Below, one piece after another: positions 8,095-16,054 of a DNA stretch of 44,686 nucleotides. Numbering within the stretch: position 1 is the stretch's first letter; each line of letters opens with the position of its first letter. Below the pieces are notes generated by a model that saw nothing but the letters and a program-made list of their open reading frames with translations, had not been told where the DNA came from and ran no database searches. This DNA comes from a virus. Its lineage: Duplodnaviria; Caudoviricetes. Made by a program: the position numbers and the translations under genes. The stretch lies in the IMG/VR virus record IMGVR_UViG_3300020045_002994, positions 1 through 44,686 of that record; one strand, 5' to 3'.

Positions 8095-9800
8095 CTAATC
8101 CTAAATACAAACCAAATTTAGCTGAACTCCTAGCTAAGCTTAGGAAGAATCCTGAAACTCATAACTCAGGTGTAATTCCAGTAGATCCATTCTTAACCAC
8201 CCCGGCCGTTCCAGAATTCCAGGAAACTACGGATCGCTACGGACATTCAATCCAATACAATGACAAACAACAAGAATTCATCAACCTCTCCTCCTCCAAA
8301 CAATCCTGTATCCTAATTGGTGCAGCAGGTACTGGTAAAACAACCTGCATGAAAGGAACTGTTCAAGCATTAATCCAATCCGGTCATGCAGGAATTCTCC
8401 ATAGTGAAGGACATAAACACTTAGTAGATGGTACTCCAGGAATTGTAGTATGTGCTTATACTCGCCGCGCAGTTGCTAATATCAGAAAGAATATGCCTAA
8501 GGATATGCAATCTAATTGCATTACCATTCATAAACTTCTAGAATATCAGCCAGTTTATTATTCAGTGCAAACTGAATCCGGGGAAGAAAAGACTAAGATG
8601 TCTTTTGAACCCACTAGGAATGCAGGTAAACCTCTCCCTTCTTCTATTCATACTATAATCTTTGAAGAAAGTAGTATGATTGGTACTGACTTATATAAGG
8701 AGGTAAAAGATGCGTTTCCACATCATGTTCAGGAAATCTTTCTTGGTGATATTCAACAGCTCCCTCCAGTATTCGGCCCGGCTATTTTGGGATTCAAACT
8801 CTTGGAGCTTCCTGTCGTTGAGCTTACCGAAGTTTACCGGCAGGCATTGGAGAGTCCAATTATATCGTTGGCGCATAGAATTCTCAGTGGGAAAGGCATC
8901 CCAGCAGAAGAATTCAAATCTCCAGAATTCAGAGTCCAAGACAAACTAGGTATTCGTGCATGGGTCAAAAAGATTTCCCCAGAAACTGCCCTCCAAACTC
9001 TTGCCCTAACATTCTGTGGGAATAAGTTCACCCAACCTGATCCAGCTAAACAAGTTCCTGGACTCATTGAAACAGGAATCTATAATCCTGAAGAAGATAT
9101 CATCCTTATCCCATTCAATAAATCCTGCGGCACAGATGAATTGAATAAACATATTGCACAATCCCTAGCTCGTACCGCCGGAGAAGAAGTGCATGAAGTA
9201 ATTGCAGGATTTAACAAATACTACTTCCATGTAGGGGCTAAGGTTCTCTATGAAAAAGAAGATGCTACAGTTATTCGGATTGAAAAGAATGTAGCGTATG
9301 TTGGTGCTAGATATGCTGAGGCATCTAAAACCCTAGATTATTGGGGCCATGATCCTGTATATCATTCTGCTGAAACTGAAATCAGTGATGACAATATGGA
9401 TTTCATGTTAGCTCAAGTAGCTACTCAGGGTGATGGGGAAGAAAGAGTTAGGCAATGTTCTCACTTGATTACCTTGAGGATGAATGATTCAGATGCAGAA
9501 GTTATCATTTCCAAAGCTAGCGATGTTAATGCTATGCTACTTGGATATTGCTTAACTGTTCATAAATCCCAGGGTTCTGAATGGAGGAAAGTATTCTTTG
9601 TATTGCACCAGAGTCATGCAACAATGATTCAACGGGAACTTCTATATACTGGCGTTACACGCGCCAAGGAGGAATTAATTGTAATCTGTGAACCAGATAC
9701 TTTCATGAAAGGGATTCAAAGTCAAAGAGTTAAGGGAGATACTCTTGCTGAGAAAGCGGAGCATTTCAAAGGTAAACTTACGGAAGGATTTGTACTATGA
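8091..9800 (+). CDS. RecD/Dda-like superfamily 1B DNA helicase
   Basis: Walker A GAAGTGKTT, IIFEESSMI, GDIQQLPPV, LTEVYRQ, TVHKSQGSEW, LLYTGVTRAK. Confidence 0.92.
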   Translation: MTNPKYKPNLAELLAKLRKNPETHNSGVIPVDPFLTTPAVPEFQETTDRYGHSIQYNDKQQEFINLSSSKQSCILIGAAGTGKTTCMKGTVQALIQSGHAGILHSEGHKHLVDGTPGIVVCAYTRRAVANIRKNMPKDMQSNCITIHKLLEYQPVYYSVQTESGEEKTKMSFEPTRNAGKPLPSSIHTIIFEESSMIGTDLYKEVKDAFPHHVQEIFLGDIQQLPPVFGPAILGFKLLELPVVELTEVYRQALESPIISLAHRILSGKGIPAEEFKSPEFRVQDKLGIRAWVKKISPETALQTLALTFCGNKFTQPDPAKQVPGLIETGIYNPEEDIILIPFNKSCGTDELNKHIAQSLARTAGEEVHEVIAGFNKYYFHVGAKVLYEKEDATVIRIEKNVAYVGARYAEASKTLDYWGHDPVYHSAETEISDDNMDFMLAQVATQGDGEERVRQCSHLITLRMNDSDAEVIISKASDVNAMLLGYCLTVHKSQGSEWRKVFFVLHQSHATMIQRELLYTGVTRAKEELIVICEPDTFMKGIQSQRVKGDTLAEKAEHFKGKLTEGFVL

Positions 9801-10036
9801 CTATCCACAAAGAAAAGCGTGATCGTATTGAAGATAAAAATAAAGTAATTGTGCGTCTAAACAAAACTATTCAAGAAAAAGAACAAGAACTTATGTTTCT
9901 TCGTTCCAAACTTGATTTCAAACCTCCTCCAATTTATGCTCAAGTTTTGTTAGATAAAGGAACTCACTATCAAACATTAGAAGTTATTCGTCAATCTCAA
10001 ATAGATACATTTAGATGGGAAATTATTGTCCAATAA
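9797..10036 (+). CDS. hypothetical protein
   Basis: ATGA-coupled to the helicase. Confidence 0.6.
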   Translation: MTIHKEKRDRIEDKNKVIVRLNKTIQEKEQELMFLRSKLDFKPPPIYAQVLLDKGTHYQTLEVIRQSQIDTFRWEIIVQ

Positions 10037-10057
10037 ATCTAACATAAAAAGGGGTGC

Positions 10058-10087
10058 TTGACAGCCGACCCCGACCCGTGATACATT
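10058..10087 (+). promoter_or_regulatory. sigma70-type promoter
   Basis: TTGACA-N18-TACATT with TG at the extended position; intergenic, upstream of gene 10182. Confidence 0.7.
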
Positions 10088-10181
10088 CCCTTTTCCAGTT
10101 CGGAAACTCTGCCCCAAAAGTTTCCAGTCTCTTGTTTTCTTTCTCAACCACTGTTCTACCTCCTAACTAAAAGGAATTAAA

Positions 10182-10820
10182 ATGACCGAAGCTACCGCAA
10201 TTGATACCAGCGCAGTTAACACCGCACAACCCACGGCTGCTGCTAAGTTTGGTTTCCGTTTCAAGAAGGATGAGCTTGGCAACAAGCGTCCTAATGTTGA
10301 TATTGAAGCTCCTGTTCTAACTAAGCTTGGCATTGTTCAAATGCTGCAAAGTGGTGATGAAAAGCAATTCACTCTCCTCACTGATGCAATGTATGACACC
10401 TATCGTTCCGTGATTGGTTCGTGGGTTAGTGATGATGAAAAGAATGATGCCAAGACTTTCGATCCTGCTAAGTTCACTTGGGAAGCAATTTCCAAGATGG
10501 AAAAGGAAGATCGTCGTTCGGGTGCTATTTCTAAGGAGAAGTGGGCTGCTTGGGCTGCTGATTATCTGGCAGTTATGACCAAGAAGTTGGGTAAGGATGC
10601 TACTCAAGTTGGTAATGTTATCCAAGTGTTCCTGAAGAAGTTCAGCATGCTTCAAACCCAGAAGCCGATGATTGAAAAGCTGAAGGTTCAACTGGGTCTG
10701 TACCTGGAGAATACGGAAAATGGTGAGGAGTACGCAGATATTCTGGAACTGTTGAATAAGAAGGCTGATGGTTATCTGGCCGCCGGTACGGAAGAACTGA
10801 TTAGCAATCTGGGTGTTTAA
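10182..10820 (+). CDS. hypothetical protein (212 aa), probable distant paralog of 3156..3848
   Basis: AAGGA RBS; codon usage of a highly expressed gene; ends in ...LISNLGV. Confidence 0.85.
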   Translation: MTEATAIDTSAVNTAQPTAAAKFGFRFKKDELGNKRPNVDIEAPVLTKLGIVQMLQSGDEKQFTLLTDAMYDTYRSVIGSWVSDDEKNDAKTFDPAKFTWEAISKMEKEDRRSGAISKEKWAAWAADYLAVMTKKLGKDATQVGNVIQVFLKKFSMLQTQKPMIEKLKVQLGLYLENTENGEEYADILELLNKKADGYLAAGTEELISNLGV

Positions 10821-10826
10821 AGGCTT

Positions 10827-10983
10827 CGCAGGTTTTACACAGATGTCAATCTAAACCTGCGTAACATTCCTCGGCATGAATTGAAACTGCCGGCACTTAT
10901 ACAGGGGTATTTAGAGTGCAAGCCGATATTATGGATCACGCACTGATCTGTTTTGTAGGATCTAAGTATCCCGCTATAAGTGT
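10827..10983 (+). ncRNA. cluster of three structured RNA elements (putative)
   Basis: Hairpins CGCAGGTTT/AAACCTGCG (10827-10861) and CGGCA/TGCCG (10872-10892), and a long stem GCACTTATA..GGGGTATTTAGA/TCTAAGTATCCC..TATAAGTGT (10893-10983). Confidence 0.5.
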
Positions 10984-11002
10984 TATCCTTATCCTCAACA
11001 TA

Positions 11003-11269
11003 ATGAGAACCTACGAAACTATCTGGACCCAATTAAAAAGCCTGCCTAAACCGCAGGCTAAGTCTATTGGGATTTCCATAACTGCACGTAGGCATCTTCA
11101 TCCAAGAATAGTTAAGGCAGTTAAGAAAGAGAAGTGGATGGACATGGGTTTTAAACTCCTCCTAAGTGAGAGTTGCCAATGTTCAGTTATCTCACACACT
11201 TCTAAATATTCTGTCCTCACATTCTATCTCCATTACTCCCCCTCACTTGAAGACCTAGGACTCACATAA
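11003..11269 (+). CDS. basic hypothetical protein (88 aa)
   Basis: ATG 11003 inside track ORF 10916..11269. Confidence 0.65.
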   Translation: MRTYETIWTQLKSLPKPQAKSIGISITARRHLHPRIVKAVKKEKWMDMGFKLLLSESCQCSVISHTSKYSVLTFYLHYSPSLEDLGLT

Positions 11270-11272
11270 ATC

Positions 11273-11506
11273 ATGGGTACGTTAACTCCAACTTCCTCAG
11301 AATATATCCTCACCGGAACTAACTGTGGCTCCACTGCGAAGGCAGTTAAATTCAGGACTGAAGAATTAAATGGTGTTCCTCTTGATACTCCGGATATTTC
11401 TTGGTGGCCTGTATCCCAGATTACTAAGATCATTCGAGGAACTCATGAAGGTGGGGATGAAATGGCAGTGAAGAATTGGATTGTCCAACAGAAAGGATTG
11501 GTATAA
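11273..11506 (+). CDS. hypothetical protein (small beta-rich fold)
   Basis: Closely packed; TAKAV...WWPVSQI...VKNWIVQQKGL pattern is common in small phage proteins. Confidence 0.65.
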   Translation: MGTLTPTSSEYILTGTNCGSTAKAVKFRTEELNGVPLDTPDISWWPVSQITKIIRGTHEGGDEMAVKNWIVQQKGLV

Positions 11507-11805
11507 TGGCTGAACCTATTCCAGAAGGATTTGTTCTTAAGGAACAGATTGCTCAGTTATCCAATATGCTTCTTGAAAAGCATCCAGGAATGCCAACTCT
11601 TCTACGGGAAATTCATACTGCTCTTACAAAACAGCCGGAGAATATCTTGTTACTGAATGAGGAAGATATGAATAAGATTGTGCAGGGTCTTGAGGTGCAA
11701 ACTAACTCATATCTTGCAGCTAGCATTGTTAAGAGTGAACCTAAGACTCTTGCAGGTAAGATGAAAAAAGGCGCTGATCTTGGCGCACTACTTGGATTGG
11801 ATTAA
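11506..11805 (+). CDS. hypothetical protein
   Basis: AAGGA RBS; TAATG coupling. Confidence 0.7.
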   Translation: MAEPIPEGFVLKEQIAQLSNMLLEKHPGMPTLLREIHTALTKQPENILLLNEEDMNKIVQGLEVQTNSYLAASIVKSEPKTLAGKMKKGADLGALLGLD

Positions 11806-11815
11806 GGAAATAATT

Positions 11816-12037
11816 ATGAACCTCCTAGCTCCTGAACGTCAGCCTGATGAATTTTTTGAAGCCTATAAACTTCGTAGGTTGCAGGTTAAGAAAATGGTCC
11901 AGGCCGTTTTGGTTTCCACTCCTAAGCCAGTTAAGGGTGGATTAATTTCCTTTGATGATTCCAAACGCATGACACTTAAAGATGCTCAACTTGTTGCAGA
12001 ACAATTGCATAATGGTCTCCGCGCCAACAATCCATGA
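11816..12037 (+). CDS. small hypothetical protein
   Basis: AAGGA RBS, ATG 11816; PERQPDEFFEAYKLRR motif. Confidence 0.6.
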   Translation: MNLLAPERQPDEFFEAYKLRRLQVKKMVQAVLVSTPKPVKGGLISFDDSKRMTLKDAQLVAEQLHNGLRANNP

Positions 12038-12449
12038 ATTAATTCCACTCTCATTCCTAATCCATCGCCTAACCCATTCTCAGTATCGTAAACTGCAGGA
12101 TTGGTTAGGCTTAGGCAATTATGAGAGTCCAAGAATTATTCACACACCACTGCTTGAAATAGTAAACACATGTCTACCGATCAAAGCATATTCGAATCAT
12201 TCTTATCAGATCTGGCAGTTCAGCAGCCTAGTTCTGCCACGTCTTCCATTGGATCTTCAGGAATCAATCAGGAAGCTGATCATTCAGAATCCAGCCCCAT
12301 TGATTACCGCATTCGCCAATTATCCTATTCCTCCCTCCTCAATCTCCACTCCTGCCCCAGAGAATTCCAACTGTATAAACTCCGATCTAGCGGAGCAACT
12401 CCAATCTCTGACAAATCAAATATTACATTTGCCTACGGTCATATTGTAG
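12012..12449 (+). CDS. hypothetical protein overlapping the nuclease gene in another frame
   Basis: Only ORF covering the 12038-12169 gap; protein-like N-terminal 100 aa. Confidence 0.45.
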   Translation: MVSAPTIHELIPLSFLIHRLTHSQYRKLQDWLGLGNYESPRIIHTPLLEIVNTCLPIKAYSNHSYQIWQFSSLVLPRLPLDLQESIRKLIIQNPAPLITAFANYPIPPSSISTPAPENSNCINSDLAEQLQSLTNQILHLPTVIL

Positions 12450-13288
12450 GTTTAGGTTTGCAGGGAGTATTGGAAGGATTACCGAAGGAAAAGATTCTTT
12501 GGAATATGTTTCTTGGGTGGCACGCGGATCTCATGGCTGAAGATGAGAAGATGAAGAAGAGTTTCTGGAGTGCGGTAATTGCAATAGAAAGGTTTATCCA
12601 TGTCCGGACTAGTGAATTACTGCAGGATTATGAACTGGTAATCTACAATGACAAGCCAGCAACAGAACTCAGTTTCTGCATTAATCTCCCAGATGGATTC
12701 CGTCTTCGTGGATACGTTGACGCTGTACTTAAACATAGGTACACCGGGGAAATTATGGTCCTTGAATGTAAGACAACAGGATCAGGCACTCTTAATCCTG
12801 CACAATTTAAAAACAGTGCGCAGGGAATTGGATACTCTGTTGTCCTTGATGTGATTGCTCCGGATATCTCCTCATATAAAGTTCTGTACTTAGTGTATCA
12901 AACTAAGTCCCAGGAATACACAGCCTTAGAATTCCCCAAGACTTACCTCCAGCGTGCTCTCTGGATCAAGGAACTCCTCCTTGATATTGAGATGATTAAG
13001 CTCTATGAATCCCATGGAGTATATCCTCAGCATGGAGAATCCTGCTTTAAATTCTTCCGGGAATGTACATATCTTAATGTATGTGGACTGGCTACTAAAC
13101 ATCTAACTAAGCCATTCAATCCTGAAACGGATATGGATATGGCGGAATATCAAATTAATCTTGGCTTGGTGGATTTGATTGAAGCCCAGGTTAAGAAATC
13201 CCTAGGCCCTGTTGCAGTAATTAGTGATGAATTAAACATAGGAGAATTAAATGAATTGGAATCAGCCTCCGGAGATGAAGTTTTGTAA
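12170..13288 (+). CDS. PD-(D/E)XK (RecB/Cas4-like) exonuclease
   Basis: LSYSSL...CPR, GHIVG, E..F.....GYVDAV...VLECKTT, C-terminal CxxFxxxCxYxxxC cysteine cluster. Confidence 0.85.
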   Translation: MSTDQSIFESFLSDLAVQQPSSATSSIGSSGINQEADHSESSPIDYRIRQLSYSSLLNLHSCPREFQLYKLRSSGATPISDKSNITFAYGHIVGLGLQGVLEGLPKEKILWNMFLGWHADLMAEDEKMKKSFWSAVIAIERFIHVRTSELLQDYELVIYNDKPATELSFCINLPDGFRLRGYVDAVLKHRYTGEIMVLECKTTGSGTLNPAQFKNSAQGIGYSVVLDVIAPDISSYKVLYLVYQTKSQEYTALEFPKTYLQRALWIKELLLDIEMIKLYESHGVYPQHGESCFKFFRECTYLNVCGLATKHLTKPFNPETDMDMAEYQINLGLVDLIEAQVKKSLGPVAVISDELNIGELNELESASGDEVL

Positions 13289-13472
13289 GGATTGTAAGCA
13301 CGGCTTCTTACGTGGTATTGAAAACACAGTAAATCAAACAGTATGGGTATGCAATAATCCAGTATTCATTAGCCCCGTTGATGGCCACATTAAGTCAGCG
13401 GACTGTCACTTTGAAAGAACTCTTAGTGGTAAGTGTGGTCCAGCAGGGAATTTGTATGAGGTTAAGGAATGA
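13275..13472 (+). CDS. small Cys-rich (Zn-binding-like) protein
   Basis: MKFCKDCKH...C...C..ER....CG pattern. Confidence 0.6.
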   Translation: MKFCKDCKHGFLRGIENTVNQTVWVCNNPVFISPVDGHIKSADCHFERTLSGKCGPAGNLYEVKE

Positions 13473-14389
13473 AATTATCCAAACGAACAGCATCTAAATC
13501 CCACAGAGTTCTTCTATTCGGTCCTCCTAAGTCAGGTAAGACTGAACTAGCAGGTAACACGGCAGAAGTATTTGATGTAATCCTAGTGGATATTGAGAAT
13601 GGTTCTGATACCCTACTCAAACTTCCTGAAGAATGGAAGGAACGGATTGAGGTTATTTCCATTCCTGACACCCGATCCTACCCAATGGGTATTGAAACCT
13701 GTCTTAAGCTAGTCAAAGGTGGGAAGGTAAACATCTGTGAAGCACACGGTAAAGTATCCTGTGCAATTTGCAAAGCCAAATCCGCTCCCACTCAGGATTT
13801 TGAATTCAATGCCCTCCCTCTTACAACCATTGTAATCTGGGATTCTTTAACCCAATTAACTAATTCCGCTATTGCCCACATCACCAAGAATCAGCCTGAT
13901 GATTACAAGATGCAGCATGATGATTGGGGAAATCTGGGTAAGTTAATGGATATGTTTCTGAGTCACATTCAAAATGCACCTTATAACACTATCTGTATTA
14001 GTCACGAAACAGAAGTGGAAATGGAGGATGGGAAAAACAAGCTTGTCCCGACTGCGGGCACCCGTAACTTTTCTAGAAATACGGCTAAGTATTTTGATGA
14101 GGTCGTATATTGTGAAGTTAAGAATAAAAAGCATGTCGCCGCATCAAGTACTACGTATGCCAACAACATTCTTACGGGGTCTAGAAGTGGGAGAATTATT
14201 GAGAATTCAGGAAAGGCCTCCCTTATTCCAATTTTTAAAGGAGAATTATGTTCGTCCGCCCACTTGAATGGCGCTGTAACTTCTGTGAATTCACAACATA
14301 CAGTGACAGACTTGCAAGACAGCACGCCTTCGGAGGTTGCTTTGTCCAGCCTACAAGTTCTAGCCCAGCAATTAAAGGAGAAGAAATGA
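13469..14389 (+). CDS. AAA_24/Sak4-like ATPase (putative single-strand annealing recombinase)
   Basis: Walker A GPPKSGKT, DIENG, IWDSLT, ISHE, FDEVVY; sits between the exonuclease and the SSB-like gene; CxxH..CxxC insertion. Confidence 0.8.
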   Translation: MKLSKRTASKSHRVLLFGPPKSGKTELAGNTAEVFDVILVDIENGSDTLLKLPEEWKERIEVISIPDTRSYPMGIETCLKLVKGGKVNICEAHGKVSCAICKAKSAPTQDFEFNALPLTTIVIWDSLTQLTNSAIAHITKNQPDDYKMQHDDWGNLGKLMDMFLSHIQNAPYNTICISHETEVEMEDGKNKLVPTAGTRNFSRNTAKYFDEVVYCEVKNKKHVAASSTTYANNILTGSRSGRIIENSGKASLIPIFKGELCSSAHLNGAVTSVNSQHTVTDLQDSTPSEVALSSLQVLAQQLKEKK

Positions 14390-14790
14390 ATACACCTACT
14401 ACTGGACTCAAATCAGCAAGGCAGGAATTGTTAGAAGAAGCAATTAAGATTACCACAAGTGATAGGAATAAATCTTATGGTAATCCTGAAGATAACTTCA
14501 CTAACATTGCTAATTCCTGGAATGTTTATCTTTGTGCTAAGCGTGGCAATACTCCGAAGGATTACAAATATTTTGATGGTGCAGACGTTGCCATCATGAT
14601 GATGCTAGTAAAGATTGCCCGCCTCTCAACTAACCAAGGGCATAGAGATTCTGCATTAGATGTTGCAGGTTATGCAGCATGTCTTGCAGATATTCAAGTT
14701 GGTATTAACAGAGATAAAGAAAGGAATGAAAATGCACCAGTAATGGACGTATCTCAAGAACTCACTAATCTCACAATCCGTAAATCTTAA
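14386..14790 (+). CDS. DUF6378-like protein
   Basis: LLEEA...DRNKSYGNPEDNF..IA..W...DVAIMMMLVKIAR...H.DS..D.AGYAA motif series. Confidence 0.75.
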   Translation: MNTPTTGLKSARQELLEEAIKITTSDRNKSYGNPEDNFTNIANSWNVYLCAKRGNTPKDYKYFDGADVAIMMMLVKIARLSTNQGHRDSALDVAGYAACLADIQVGINRDKERNENAPVMDVSQELTNLTIRKS

Positions 14791-14814
14791 TTCCATTCTT
14801 AGAAAGTAATTATC

Positions 14815-15246
14815 ATGTCCGACGCTTTTAACATTGACGCCCTGCTTGACGCAACTCTTGATGATCTGGCAGATGCCCCTTCATTCGAGCCATTCCATCC
14901 GGGCGCACATAAAATCACCATTAATTTTGAACAGAAAAAGATTGCTGAACATCCGGCAATTGAAATGAAGATGAAGCTTCTGGAAACTGTGGAGCTGGCT
15001 GATCCTGCAATGGTTCCGCAGAAACCTGGTTCGGAATGTAATGTTGCTTTCCTTCTGGACAATGAGTATGGTCAAGGTGACCTGAAGAAACTCTTGACAG
15101 TTCTGAGTGCACACTTTGGTACCAAAACCAATCGTGAAACTCTTGAAGCAAGCAAGGGTGCTGAGGTTCTGGTTACCACGAAGATTCGTCAGAAGGATAA
15201 GGATGCGCCGAAGTATTGTGTGATCCTGGAAATGGCGGTGATTTAA
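14815..15246 (+). CDS. putative single-stranded DNA-binding protein (DUF669-like OB fold)
   Basis: Acidic N-terminus, FEPFHPGAH beta-rich body; follows the Sak4-like ATPase. Confidence 0.55.
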   Translation: MSDAFNIDALLDATLDDLADAPSFEPFHPGAHKITINFEQKKIAEHPAIEMKMKLLETVELADPAMVPQKPGSECNVAFLLDNEYGQGDLKKLLTVLSAHFGTKTNRETLEASKGAEVLVTTKIRQKDKDAPKYCVILEMAVI

Positions 15247-15292
15247 TCCCTTGTACCCTATGCTTAGTTAGGTAGGGTATATTAATTAAATC
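15240..15292 (+). other. interrupted hairpin just upstream of the tRNA (RNase III-site-like)
   Basis: GATTTAAT/ATTAAATC outer stem; TGTACCCTAT/GTAGGGTATA inner stem. Confidence 0.5.
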
Positions 15293-15295
15293 ATT

Positions 15296-15380
15296 GCCTG
15301 AGTGGTGAAATTGGTATACACAGGAGACTTAAAATCTCCCGCTTAATTGCATACGGGTTCAAGTCCCGTCTCAGGCACCA
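15296..15380 (+). tRNA. tRNA-Leu (anticodon TAA)
   Basis: GCCTGAG/CTCAGGC acceptor stem, GGAGA-CTTAAAA-TCTCC anticodon arm, long variable arm, GGTTCAAGTCC T-loop, encoded CCA. Confidence 0.95.
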
Positions 15381-15424
15381 GTATTTCCTCACAGGAATTT
15401 CCCGTAACTCTTATAGGATTATTC

Positions 15425-15613
15425 ATGAAACATTCTCTGTTAACTCTCTTAGTTCTTGCTCTTAGCGGATGCGCTAGTGTTCCTCCTTATCTAACCTGCC
15501 GAGTTTCAAATAACAAAGCTATTGTGAATCAAGGCTATGCAGGCTTAGGTATTGGGCAGGAAATTCCTGATGGAGATATTTTGTGTACTGCATTGCGGAC
15601 GCAACCTAAGTAA
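15425..15613 (+). CDS. small predicted lipoprotein (62 aa)
   Basis: MKHSLLTLLVLALSGC lipobox; two further Cys; AGGA RBS. Confidence 0.7.
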   Translation: MKHSLLTLLVLALSGCASVPPYLTCRVSNNKAIVNQGYAGLGIGQEIPDGDILCTALRTQPK

Positions 15614-15638
15614 TACACTCCCCTCATAGGATCCTATT

Positions 15639-15815
15639 ATGTTTGATTACTGTCTTACAAAACATGCAGGTTGGTGGCAAATTCATAAACTACTTATTCA
15701 GTATAAACACAAAAGTGCCAGGCCGTTATTCAGTGAGCGGAATGGCTACATTAAATTTATTCCCTTGTATGGTACTGGTTACCGAGTGAGCATCAGATTA
15801 GTGGAGATTCTATAA
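15639..15815 (+). CDS. small hypothetical protein (58 aa, ...ARPLFSERNGY...)
   Basis: Hand-translated; AGGA RBS; TAATG coupling to the next gene. Confidence 0.55.
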   Translation: MFDYCLTKHAGWWQIHKLLIQYKHKSARPLFSERNGYIKFIPLYGTGYRVSIRLVEIL

Positions 15816-16054
15816 TGCCCTATACTCCTCCTTATAAAAGATCACCAGCTCAACGTAGGCAGCAACAACTACGGCAAGCTCTAGGTACAACAATTGGTTT
15901 TGCAGGGTACTTAAATCACCTACAGCAAGAATTATCCAAAGCTGTGCCAGGAACTACTTTCCCTTCTTTAGAGAGTCTTAAGAAAGCTCTTCCTGTTTAT
16001 GCTAGTTGGATTAGAACAGAACTTAAAACTATTCCAAAACCTACAAAGAAATGA
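15815..16054 (+). CDS. basic hypothetical protein
   Basis: GGAG RBS; ATGA-coupled to the polymerase. Confidence 0.6.
   Translation: MPYTPPYKRSPAQRRQQQLRQALGTTIGFAGYLNHLQQELSKAVPGTTFPSLESLKKALPVYASWIRTELKTIPKPTKK

Noticed and set aside
10911-10960. GTGCAAGCC...CTGATC as a twister, pistol or hammerhead ribozyme
   Set aside because: The conserved cores (for example CUGAUGA...GAAA) could not be completed. It is kept only as an unassigned structured RNA.
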